Made by a program: the position numbers and the translations under genes
Part shown: positions 1 through 7,409 of the stretch, piece by piece
How the letters are laid out: every line of letters starts with the position of its first letter
Numbering within the stretch: the first letter of the stretch is position 1
NCBI GenBank assembly: GCA_043779265.1
Contig: JAYWEM010000162.1
Coordinates: 1 to 16,898, forward strand
Reading direction: 5' to 3'
Source: a bacterium
GTDB lineage: Bacteria > Eisenbacteria > RBG-16-71-46
Length of the DNA stretch: 16,898 nt
Notes under the pieces: model-generated
The model's input: only the letters and a program-made list of their open reading frames with translations
Database searches by the model: none
What the model was told of the DNA's origin: nothing

Positions 1-34
1 ACCCGTGTTGTTGCGACGACCGGTTGAACCCACC
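1..34 (+). mobile_element. Right end of an IS30-family insertion sequence (last codons of the transposase plus terminal inverted repeat); the rest lies left of the window
   Basis: 1-27 reads ACC CGT GTT GTT GCG ACG ACC GGT TGA = TRVVATTG*, resembling the 'VATTG*/VASTG*' C-terminus I recall for a group of IS30 transposases whose stop lies inside the IR. TGTTGCGACGACCGGTTGAACCCACC resembles their terminal IR. IS3 homology (QYTS) starts immediately after, at 35. Family assignment is by recognition, not a database search. Confidence 0.7.
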
Positions 35-375
35 CAATACACTTCGCTCGCGTTCGGATCTCGGTGTCGTGAGGCGGGCATCCGGGCTTCGATGGGTTCG
101 GTCGGCGACTGTTACGACAACGCGATGTGCGAGTCGTTCTTCGCGACGCTGGAGTGCGAGCTGCTCAACAAGTATCGGTTCCCCACGCAGATCGTGGCGA
201 GGCCCCACGTGTTCAACTTCATCCCGGATGGTACAACACGCGGCGGCGGCATTCCTCGATCGGTTATCTCTCACCGATCGAGTTCGAGAAGCGGTACGAA
301 GCGGGCCTCCGAGCCGAGTCGAACGAAAACGGCTTCCCAGGATGCCCGCAGAGCGAGCATCCTGCTGGTGCCTGA
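35..375 (+). pseudogene. IS3-family transposase (OrfB, integrase-core/DDE C-terminal half), interrupted and frameshifted
   Basis: Frame 2 from 35: QYTSLAFGSRCREAGIRASMGSVGDCYDNAMCESFFATLECELL...VFNFI. It continues in frame 1 from 226: GWYNTRRRHSSIGYLSPIEFEKRY, stop at 373-375. Only 2 nt (224-225) separate ATC and GGA TGG, i.e. a 1-bp deletion. QYTS, DNAxxESFF and YNxxRxHSxxGYxSP are hallmark IS3 motifs. Confidence 0.9.
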
Positions 376-441
376 GTCCGAGGTCGGGGGCCAGCGAGGC
401 GAAACAGCGCCTCGCGCGGCCGTCGACCATCCGCAGTCCTC

Positions 442-469
442 AACCGTCTACGGAACCGGGGCTACTCCA
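442..469 (+). repeat. Probable right terminal inverted repeat of the IS3-family element
   Basis: AACCGTCTACGGAACCGGGGCTACTCCA ends in the CA-3' typical of IS3 ends and lies ~70-95 bp after the transposase stop. The partner IR is outside the window. Confidence 0.65.
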
Positions 470-470
470 G

Positions 471-629
471 TCTCACGCATGTTGGCAGAGTGGGCAGGCC
501 ATGTGGAAGGCGTTCCTTGCGAGGAATCGCCTCGAATCGCGATCACTCCCGGGAGCAGTCGAGGAGATCCGCGAGTTCCTGGTCGAACCGTTGAGGATCG
601 CGCGAGAGCGGATCGAGCGCGGCGGGTGA
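471..629 (+). pseudogene. C-terminal remnant of an AbiEii/AbiGii-like nucleotidyltransferase toxin gene
   Basis: Frame 3 after the IS end: QAMWKAFLARNRLESRSLPGAVEEIREFLVEPLRIARERIERGG*. This resembles the 'QW.AFL.KNRL...L..VV..LR.FL.P' tail of AbiEii-family toxins. There is no N-terminus because it abuts the IS3 end. Confidence 0.55.
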
Positions 630-657
630 AGGCCTGACGCTGAAAGGCACAGTAATA

Positions 658-733
658 TGGCGTCCCCAACGGGATTCGAACCCGTGTCGCCGCCGTGAAA
701 GGGCAGTGTCCTAGGCCTCTAGACGATAGGGAC
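658..733 (-). tRNA. tRNA-Glu (anticodon UUC), 76 nt, CCA encoded
   Basis: Reverse complement GTCCCTATCGTCTAGAGGCCTAGGACACTGCCCTTTCACGGCGGCGACACGGGTTCGAATCCCGTTGGGGACGCCA. Acceptor stem GTCCCTA/TGGGGAC, anticodon arm CTGCC-CTTTCAC-GGCGG, T arm CGGG-TTCGAAT-CCCG, discriminator G, CCA. Confidence 0.97.
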
Positions 734-747
734 GCAATCGGCGCGCG

Positions 748-776
748 ACGGTAGTCGGACCGGGCGATGCGCGCAA
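748..776 (-). promoter_or_regulatory. Putative sigma70-type promoter of tRNA-Glu
   Basis: Minus strand TTGCGC (776-771), 17-bp spacer, TACCGT (753-748), then a GC-rich stretch, 14 bp upstream of the mature tRNA 5' end. Confidence 0.55.
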
Positions 777-852
777 GCAGCCGAGCGCGCGTCGCCGGTA
801 CTCGTCCATGAACGCATGATCGGGCGCGTCGCCCGCGCTCGACTCGCCAGCA

Positions 853-912
853 CGTTTCGACTCCGAAGGAACTGCCGATTCACAGTTCCGTGTCAGATTC
901 GGAGTCGGGACG
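853..912 (+). promoter_or_regulatory. Long bulged inverted repeat upstream of the metalloprotease gene, overlapping an ECF-sigma-like promoter motif
   Basis: CGTTTCGACTCCGAA (853-867) pairs with TTCGGAGTCGGGACG (898-912; 13 Watson-Crick + 2 G-U). GGAACTG (868-874) pairs with CAGTTCC (883-889). The same stretch reads GGAACTG-N17-GTCAGA (868-897). Confidence 0.4.
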
Positions 913-979
913 CGAATCCCCATTGTGGGCGCTCCCTCTGGCGCCCCCCGGGTCATGGCCGACACCTAGGGAGCACGCG

Positions 980-3900
980 ATGCACGCCTTCCATCCTGCT
1001 GTTCCGCGGTCCCTTGTGCTCGCCGTGCTGGTGGCGGTCGTCCTGCCGATCCTCGGTCCCAAGGTGGCGAGTGGTCAGAGCGCTGCTCCCCCGAGCGCCG
1101 CTTGGAGCGCCGCCGCGGGCAGCGAGCCGTGCGGCTCGGAACTCAAGCTCGAGGAGTCGATCCAAGCGGACCCGGGGCTGCGTGAACGCCGGTCGCTCTT
1201 CGAGGCGCTGGTCCAGGAAGCCCAGCGCCAGGGGCTCGCTCCCAACCGATCCCAGATGGCGGGCCCCAGCTACGTGATCCCGGTGGTGGTGCACATCGTC
1301 CACCAGAACGGGCTCGAGAACATCTCCGACGCGCAGGTGCAGAGCCAGATCCATGCGCTCAATCGCGACTTCGCCGACTCGCTCTCGAACGGCTCGCCGG
1401 CCGTCAACACCAACATCCAGTTCTGCCTCGCCACGCAGCTTCCCAACGCGAGCCCGGTGGTGTGGTCCACCACCCCGGGCATCACGCGCACGTTCTCGGT
1501 GCAGACCAACCACACGTTCGGGAACTACGCGAGCGAGGTGGCGCTCAAGGCCATCGACTACCTGCCGTCGAACAAGTACCTGAACATCTGGGTGGTCAAC
1601 AACATCGCGGGCGCGGGCGGCGGCGTCGCCGGTTATGCCACGTTCCCCGGCACCGTGCCCCCGACACTCGACGGCATCGTGATCCGCTACACGGCGTTCG
1701 GCAGCAACACCACGCCCTTCGGCGGCCCGTGGCCCAACGCGCTGCCCAACAACGCCGACGGCAAGATCATGACACACGAGGTCGGCCACTACCTGAACGT
1801 CTACCACACGTTCCACGGCGCTTGTTCCTCGCAGGGCGACTTCGTGGCCGACACACCGCCCGAGGCGCTCTACCGCACCGGGTGCCCGGGCGGCTCGCTC
1901 ACGTCCTGCACCAACGTGAACGACCCGATCGAGAACTTCATGGACTACACCAACGACGCGTGCCGGTTCGCGTTCACGGCGGGTCAGACGGTGCGCATGC
2001 ACACCACGCTGTCGTCGTTCCGCGCCTCGCTGGTGAGCGGCCAGAACCTGCTGGACGTGGGCTGCGACAGCGGCCTCAACGCCCTCATCGTGCGCTCGCG
2101 CGGGCAGATCTGCAGTGCCGACACGGTGGCGTTCACCACGCCGGCGGCGGGCGCGGGCTGGACCTACGCGTGGAGCTTCCCGGGCGGCGTGCCGTCGTCC
2201 GCGAGCACACAGAGCGCCTCGGTCGTGTACCCGAATCCCGGCGTGTACTCGGCGACGCTGACCGTCACGGACGGCTTCTATGGCGTGAGCACCAACTCCG
2301 TGACCACCTACGTGCGCGCGTGCGTGCCGGTCACGGGACCGTGCCGGCAGTGGGTGTCGCCGCAGAACTCCTCGCTCGACTTCGGCACCGGGGTGCCGCG
2401 CCCCGTGGCGGGGCGCATCAACATCTCCGCCGAGCCCGGCTCGGCCGTTTCCGATGCCTCGGGCACACTGCTCTTCTACACCGACGGCATCCGGGCCTAC
2501 GACCGGACCAACACGATCATGCCGAACGGCACCGGACTGCTCGCGGGGACGAGTTCGCACAACGGCGCGCTGATCATCGCGCGCCCGGGCACCGCCTCGC
2601 AGTACTTCCTCTTCACCGTGCGCCAAGGGGAGGAGGCGCCCAATACCAGCGCGCTCAACTACAGCGTCGTGGACATGACGCTCAATGCGGGGTTCGGCGC
2701 CATCGTCACCGGTCAGAAGAACATCACCGTGGCGCTGCCCGGAACCCCGAACGCGATGCTCGAAGGCATGGCCGCGATCCCGCACTGCAACGGCACCGAC
2801 TGGTGGCTCATCTCGCACGGCGGATGGAACACCGACGGCAAGCTGTTCGTGACCCGCGTGACCAATGCGGGCCCCGCGGTGACGACGACCCACTCCATCG
2901 GACTCGCCGTGCCCGGCAACCCCTTCCTCGGCGCGATCGTGGCCTCGCGCGACGGCACCCGCATCGCCGGGGTCTCGGCCAGCTACGGAACGCTCGCGGT
3001 GTGGAACTTCAATCGCATGACCGGTGTGCCGACGACCCTGCTCGCCACCACCACGGCCTACGGAGGCTACGCCGACGTGGCGTTCAGCCCCAACGGCCGG
3101 CTGCTCTACCTCAATCACGCGAGTGCCGGCTTCGGCGTTCGGCAACTCGATCTGGTGACGCTCCAGATCCGCGATATCCTGACCGGCACCCTCACGGCGA
3201 TCGCCCAGGGCCCCGACGGCCTGATCTACATCGCCCCGGCGGGGGCCACGTCGCTTCACTGCATCAACTATCCGGACCAGTTCAACACCAACAATCTGAA
3301 TGAGTGCGGACTGAACCTTGCGAGCGTGCCGCTGGCGCCGGGCGCCACCACCGGGCCCTTCGGGGCGCTGCCGAACATGCCGCTCCAGTGCACCACCGTG
3401 CGGCCTGCGGAGTTCACGCACACGGTCACCAACTGCCTGACCGTGAACCTGACCTCGCTCAACTGTTCGGGTCCATGGACCTGGAACTTCGGGGACGCGA
3501 CGAGCGGCAGCGGGCAGACGGTGTCGCACACCTTCGCGGCTCCCGGCACCTACACCATCACGCTCACGGTGACGGGCGCCGTGCCGGCCACGATCCAGAG
3601 AACGGTCACGCTCGGCATGCAGCCGGTGTCCATCGCCGGCTCGTCCACCGTGTGCGACACCGTCGCGTACAACTACTCGGCGATCGGGCCGCCCAACTAC
3701 ACCTACTCCTGGAGCACCAGCGGCGGCACGCCCACGTTCGGCAGCGGCAGCAATATCGATGTGCTGTGGCCGCTCAGCTTCGGGACGCTGACGCTGGTGG
3801 CTTACGACTCCACCACCGGCTGCTCCGTGACGCTGACCAAGAACATCGGGCCGTGTCCCACCTGCACGCCGCCGCCCGCGAACATGACAGCGTGGTTCCC

Positions 3901-5566
3901 GCTCGATGAGACCTCGGGCACGCTGGCGCTCGAGACCGTGCTCGCCTCGCACGGCCAGGATGTGAACGGGCCGCTGCACGCTCCGGCCCAAGTGCGGCGC
4001 GGCCGCACGTTCGATGGCGTGAACCAGATGGTGCAGGCGCCTGATGCGCCCAATCTCGACTTCGGCACCGGCGACATCACCATCGACGCGTGGGTCCGCA
4101 CGGCGGTCGGCACCGGCATCCAGTCGGTCGTGGACAAGCGCACGGTGGATCCCGAACAGGGCTATGCGCTCTACCTCAAGCAAGGCCGTCTCGCATTCCG
4201 GCTCGCCGATCTCACCACGTCGACCGAGTACTGGCTGCCGACCACGCCCTACGTGGCCGACGGCCAGTGGCATCACGTGGCGGCCGTGCTGCGCCGCTCG
4301 GTGCCGGCCACGGGCACGCGCCTGTTCGTGGATGGCAACCTCGTCGCGAGCTTCCCCGCGTACGCCGGGGGCGATGTGAGCAACGCCGAGCCCCTCTTGA
4401 TCGGCGCCGTGGCCGGCTTCTTCGGCCCGCAGAGCTACACGGCCGGCTCGATCGACGAGGTCGAGTTGTTCCAGCGCTCGCTCACCGCCTCGGAGATCAG
4501 TGCCATCGTGCTCTCGGACTCGCTCGGCAAGTGCAAGGAGTTCAGCTGGGTGCCCACGGTGGCCAACATCTGCCGCGACCAGACTTCGCTCACGCTGACC
4601 ATGCGCGTCTGCAACTACACCACCACCACGCAGACTTATGCGATCACGTTCGGCCCGCAGCCGCTGGGCGGCATCTGCACTTGGGCGAGCCCCACGGGGA
4701 TCACGCTCACCACACCCGGCACGGTCACCGTGCCCGCCAACAGCTGCGTGTCCGTGACGTACACCGTGCCGCGGCCGCCGGGCATGCCGCTCTATCAGAC
4801 CTCCTGCTACCAGGTCACCGTCACCAACACCGCGACCTCGCAATCCACCACCAACATCGGCGCCATCTACTCCAGTCGGCGCTGGTGCAACCTCGTGATC
4901 GTCGGACCGGTGGGTGTCGGCGGCTGGGGCGGATCGAGTGGCTCGACCGGGGCGGCGCGCCTGGTGTTCCGGGTGACCAACACCGATGACGTTCCCGTCA
5001 CCGAGGCGTACTCCCTCTCGCTCGGCACCGCCCACGGCAGCGCGCCGGGTGAGGAGGCGCTGGTCTCGCTCGACGGCCTGCCGCCGGGCGAACCGGTCAC
5101 GGGTGGCCTGTCGCTGGCGCCGGGCGAGTCGGCTGATGTCGAAGTCCACGCCACCTTCGCCGAGCCGCGGGCGTTCCGCTTCTACGATGTGGTGTGGTCC
5201 ATGGACGAGGACGGCGACGGGATTGCCGAACCACTCCAGACCGGTGCCGTCTCGTTCGGGCAGACGCAGCCGACCGTGTCGGTTCCCGTCGAACCGAGAA
5301 CCGGCGTGCGGCTCACGCTCGGCGTCTCGCCCAACCCGGTGCGTTCCCATGCCACCGTTCGCTATGTGCTGCCCGCAGCCGGGCGCGTCGAGCTGACGCT
5401 CTATGACGTGGCGGGACGCGAGGCCACGCGCGTGCCCGCGTTCGATGCCCCAGCGGGGGAGGGCGCGGTCACGCTCGACTGCCGCGGGCTGCGGCGGGGC
5501 GTGTACTTCGCTCGGATGCGCGTGGACTCGCAGAGCGCGGGACAGAGGTTCCTGCGATTGGAATAG
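980..5566 (+). CDS. Secreted M43 (pappalysin/ulilysin-like) zinc metalloprotease with PKD, beta-propeller, PKD, LamG-like and C-terminal T9SS/FlgD-like sorting domains, ~1528 aa
   Basis: ATG 980 preceded by AGGGAG (968-973), preferred over GTG 890. Hydrophobic signal segment LVLAVLVAVVLPIL; propeptide CG motif; IPVVVHIVH...ENISDAQVQSQI..LN.DF; zinc motif HEVGHYLNVYH (1775-1807); Met-turn ENFMDYT; PKD motifs YAWSFPGG..YPNPGVYSATLTVTD and WTWNFGD..HTFAAPGTYTITLTVT; LamG DGQWHHVAAV..LFVDG..GSIDEVELFQRSL; C-terminal PNP...LYDVAGR...GVYFARM. Confidence 0.93.
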   Translation: MHAFHPAVPRSLVLAVLVAVVLPILGPKVASGQSAAPPSAAWSAAAGSEPCGSELKLEESIQADPGLRERRSLFEALVQEAQRQGLAPNRSQMAGPSYVIPVVVHIVHQNGLENISDAQVQSQIHALNRDFADSLSNGSPAVNTNIQFCLATQLPNASPVVWSTTPGITRTFSVQTNHTFGNYASEVALKAIDYLPSNKYLNIWVVNNIAGAGGGVAGYATFPGTVPPTLDGIVIRYTAFGSNTTPFGGPWPNALPNNADGKIMTHEVGHYLNVYHTFHGACSSQGDFVADTPPEALYRTGCPGGSLTSCTNVNDPIENFMDYTNDACRFAFTAGQTVRMHTTLSSFRASLVSGQNLLDVGCDSGLNALIVRSRGQICSADTVAFTTPAAGAGWTYAWSFPGGVPSSASTQSASVVYPNPGVYSATLTVTDGFYGVSTNSVTTYVRACVPVTGPCRQWVSPQNSSLDFGTGVPRPVAGRINISAEPGSAVSDASGTLLFYTDGIRAYDRTNTIMPNGTGLLAGTSSHNGALIIARPGTASQYFLFTVRQGEEAPNTSALNYSVVDMTLNAGFGAIVTGQKNITVALPGTPNAMLEGMAAIPHCNGTDWWLISHGGWNTDGKLFVTRVTNAGPAVTTTHSIGLAVPGNPFLGAIVASRDGTRIAGVSASYGTLAVWNFNRMTGVPTTLLATTTAYGGYADVAFSPNGRLLYLNHASAGFGVRQLDLVTLQIRDILTGTLTAIAQGPDGLIYIAPAGATSLHCINYPDQFNTNNLNECGLNLASVPLAPGATTGPFGALPNMPLQCTTVRPAEFTHTVTNCLTVNLTSLNCSGPWTWNFGDATSGSGQTVSHTFAAPGTYTITLTVTGAVPATIQRTVTLGMQPVSIAGSSTVCDTVAYNYSAIGPPNYTYSWSTSGGTPTFGSGSNIDVLWPLSFGTLTLVAYDSTTGCSVTLTKNIGPCPTCTPPPANMTAWFPLDETSGTLALETVLASHGQDVNGPLHAPAQVRRGRTFDGVNQMVQAPDAPNLDFGTGDITIDAWVRTAVGTGIQSVVDKRTVDPEQGYALYLKQGRLAFRLADLTTSTEYWLPTTPYVADGQWHHVAAVLRRSVPATGTRLFVDGNLVASFPAYAGGDVSNAEPLLIGAVAGFFGPQSYTAGSIDEVELFQRSLTASEISAIVLSDSLGKCKEFSWVPTVANICRDQTSLTLTMRVCNYTTTTQTYAITFGPQPLGGICTWASPTGITLTTPGTVTVPANSCVSVTYTVPRPPGMPLYQTSCYQVTVTNTATSQSTTNIGAIYSSRRWCNLVIVGPVGVGGWGGSSGSTGAARLVFRVTNTDDVPVTEAYSLSLGTAHGSAPGEEALVSLDGLPPGEPVTGGLSLAPGESADVEVHATFAEPRAFRFYDVVWSMDEDGDGIAEPLQTGAVSFGQTQPTVSVPVEPRTGVRLTLGVSPNPVRSHATVRYVLPAAGRVELTLYDVAGREATRVPAFDAPAGEGAVTLDCRGLRRGVYFARMRVDSQSAGQRFLRLE

Positions 5567-5705
5567 GTGCTGCGCGCCGCGGGCACGAGCGGCGATGCGG
5601 CTCGCCGAAGCACCTGGCGCCTTGCCGGTCGGTGATGTTCACGCTCGATACACCTAGCGCAGTCCATCCTCGATCACGGAACGCGCCGGGCGCGTGCAGG
5701 GGTTG

Positions 5706-5728
5706 TGGTATCCCCAACGGGATTCGAA
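5706..5728 (-). repeat. Copy of the tRNA-Glu 3' end (att-site-like fragment)
   Basis: TGGTATCCCCAACGGGATTCGAA vs TGGCGTCCCCAACGGGATTCGAA at 658-680: 21/23 identical, 18 bp perfect (5711-5728 = 663-680). Identity stops at the T-loop TTCGAA. Confidence 0.88.
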
Positions 5729-5779
5729 GCGGACCCCCCCCGCGAACCAGCGTCGCAACCCGTCGACCAAACGCGCAAA

Positions 5780-5868
5780 GACAACGACTTGCGCGAGGAG
5801 TCAGACGACGCGAGTGGACGGGAGTAGACGGAGAAGAGGGACAGTTCGGGGACAATTCGGGGACAGGC
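5780..5868. repeat. Cluster of short direct repeats resembling a tyrosine-integrase att arm
   Basis: IHF-like GACAACGACTT(G) 5780-5791; GAGTGGACGG/GAGTAGACGG (5812-5821, 5822-5831); three 11-bp-period repeats GGGACAGTTC / GGGGACAATTC / GGGGACAGGC (5838-5868). Confidence 0.6.
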
Positions 5869-5884
5869 TTCTCGCTGGGCAGTC

Positions 5885-6451
5885 TTATGGCCGGGAATGA
5901 AAGGTGGGGGGCAGGAAGACGGTGCTCCTCAGACAGACGCCATGAAGGCCGTCAATGAACGATTGGGCCACAGCGGCCGTCCATGCCACATTGGGCATCT
6001 CTGTGATGCGCGCGCCGCCTGGAGCAACCTTGGTGTATTCCAAGTCCTTTCCGGCGTAGGGATGAGATATCCAGTGAATGACTATGCGGTGCCCGTCGTT
6101 GAGTGGGAAGAATCTAGCTAAGCCTACGCGTTCCGCTTCCTGGAGACAGGCGGTGAGGTCATGACCAAAGGCCGAGCTCCTGAGCTCCCTCTCGCTCTTG
6201 TCATTGCAGCTTAGGAACGCTTTCAGCGAGAGCTCGATGGAGCGCGCGTAGAGGAAATAGATGACGAAGAGATGGTTAGAGCTATCAAGCTCCCGCGCAA
6301 ACTGTTCCAAGCCCAAGGTCCGCACATGCGCGGCCGAATGCCCCACCAGCACCAGTTCATTGGCGGCCGCAGCGAACTGCCGGGCCCGATCCAAGAGGGC
6401 AAGGGGAGAAAGAACCCCGCCTCGGGCACGGCTGCGGATCCAGCCGCGCAA
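5885..6451 (-). CDS. HEPN-like domain protein (start uncertain, possibly 5'-truncated)
   Basis: YFLYARSIELSLKAFL...ELRSSAFGHDLTACLQEA matches the 'E-x-x-LKA...HDL' pattern of HEPN-fold proteins. GC is locally low (29/60 at 6061-6120, 31/60 at 6241-6300). Only TTG starts are available near the 5' end. Confidence 0.6.
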   Translation of the reverse strand: MRGWIRSRARGGVLSPLALLDRARQFAAAANELVLVGHSAAHVRTLGLEQFARELDSSNHLFVIYFLYARSIELSLKAFLSCNDKSERELRSSAFGHDLTACLQEAERVGLARFFPLNDGHRIVIHWISHPYAGKDLEYTKVAPGGARITEMPNVAWTAAVAQSFIDGLHGVCLRSTVFLPPTFHSRP

Positions 6452-6467
6452 TCAGGAGGTGCGCCCC

Positions 6468-7301
6468 ATGAGTCCTGATTCGGATCGCGCTTCGACCGCG
6501 TCTGCTGATCCGTTCACGAAGTTCAAGGCCATGCAGCGCGAGGGCTGGTCACATTTCGGGCCGCTCGCCATCTTCACGACGCCACCGGCAGCACAACTGG
6601 TTCGGTTCGCGGGCGTTCGCGCGGGCGATCGTGTCCTGGACGTGGGGAGCGGAACGGGCGTTGCGGCCATCACCGCTGCTCGCCTGGGAGCGAGGGTGAC
6701 CGGATCGGACCTGTCGCCAGCCCTGCTCGATCAGGCACGCGAGAACGCGCTCATCGCAGGCGTCGAGCTCGAGTGGCGGGAAGCCGATGTCGAGCACCTG
6801 CCGTTTCGAGACGGCGAGTACGACGTCGTGCTCAGCCAGTTCGGGCACATGTTCGCGCCGCGGCCCGAGGTGGCGGTGTCGGAGATGCTGCGCGTGCTGC
6901 GTCCCGGTGGGACCATCGCGTTCTCGACGTGGCCGCCGGACCAGTTCGTGGCGCAGATGTTCGCCCTGACCGCTCGCTACGCGCCCCCGCCTCCGCCCGG
7001 AGTCGTGCCGCCCGCCCTGTGGGGCGAGCCCGCGATCATCCGAGAGCGACTGGGTACGGCCGTGCGCTACCTCGTGTTCGATCGCGACATGATGCGCGTC
7101 AACGCGCTCAGTCCGCAGCACGTGCGCCACTTCACCGAACGCACCGCCGCTCCGATCCTCAGGCTGGTCGAGGCGCTGGAGCCAAGCGATCCCGCGAAGC
7201 TCGAACAGTTCCGCAGGGAGTTCGACGCGCTTGCCGCCCAGTACTTCGAGATGAACGCGATGCGACAGTCGTATCTGATGACGAGGGGCGTGAAGGTGTG
7301 A
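6468..7301 (+). CDS. Class I SAM-dependent methyltransferase (UbiE-like/Methyltransf_11-25 type), 277 aa
   Basis: ATG 6468 with AGGAGGT at 6454-6460 (the ORF-track start at 6261 overlaps the HEPN gene). Motif I VLDVGSGTG, VTGSDLS, ADVEHLPFRDGEYDVV, EMLRVLRPGG. Confidence 0.93.
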   Translation: MSPDSDRASTASADPFTKFKAMQREGWSHFGPLAIFTTPPAAQLVRFAGVRAGDRVLDVGSGTGVAAITAARLGARVTGSDLSPALLDQARENALIAGVELEWREADVEHLPFRDGEYDVVLSQFGHMFAPRPEVAVSEMLRVLRPGGTIAFSTWPPDQFVAQMFALTARYAPPPPPGVVPPALWGEPAIIRERLGTAVRYLVFDRDMMRVNALSPQHVRHFTERTAAPILRLVEALEPSDPAKLEQFRREFDALAAQYFEMNAMRQSYLMTRGVKV

Positions 7302-7409
7302 TCAGTCGGTAGGCGCAGGACTGCTGTGCCGGACGGCGTCCGGAGTGGACTCAGCGAGAAGATCGTGAACGATGCCAGGAGCCCGCGCGCTCCGAACCCG
7401 CCTAACGGC

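Noticed and set aside
221..228. Programmed -1 frameshift of IS3
   Set aside because: IS3 programmed shifts occur at the orfA/orfB junction on slippery motifs; this one is late in orfB with no slippery run, so it is a mutation or sequencing error.
5..637. 210-aa ORF as an intact transposase
   Set aside because: It is a chimera of the IS30-like IR, the IS3 fragment and out-of-frame read-through after the frameshift at 224-225.
953..5350. 1465-aa antisense ORF, plus many other long overlapping ORFs inside the large genes
   Set aside because: Shadow frames produced by high-GC codon bias; Arg/Gly/Ala-rich with no motifs, fully overlapping well-supported genes.
5567..5620. Intrinsic terminator after the protease gene
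   Set aside because: Only loose GC-rich pairing and no U-tract.
6261..6467. N-terminal extension of the methyltransferase from ATG 6261
   Set aside because: Overlaps the HEPN-like gene on the other strand; a strong RBS supports ATG 6468.
7305..7409. Integron attC-like boxes (GGTAGGC ... GCCTAAC) between convergent genes
   Set aside because: Order is opposite to attC (RYYYAAC...GTTRRRY), inner sequence pairs poorly, and there is no integron integrase or second site; at most a weak 9/11 inverted repeat.
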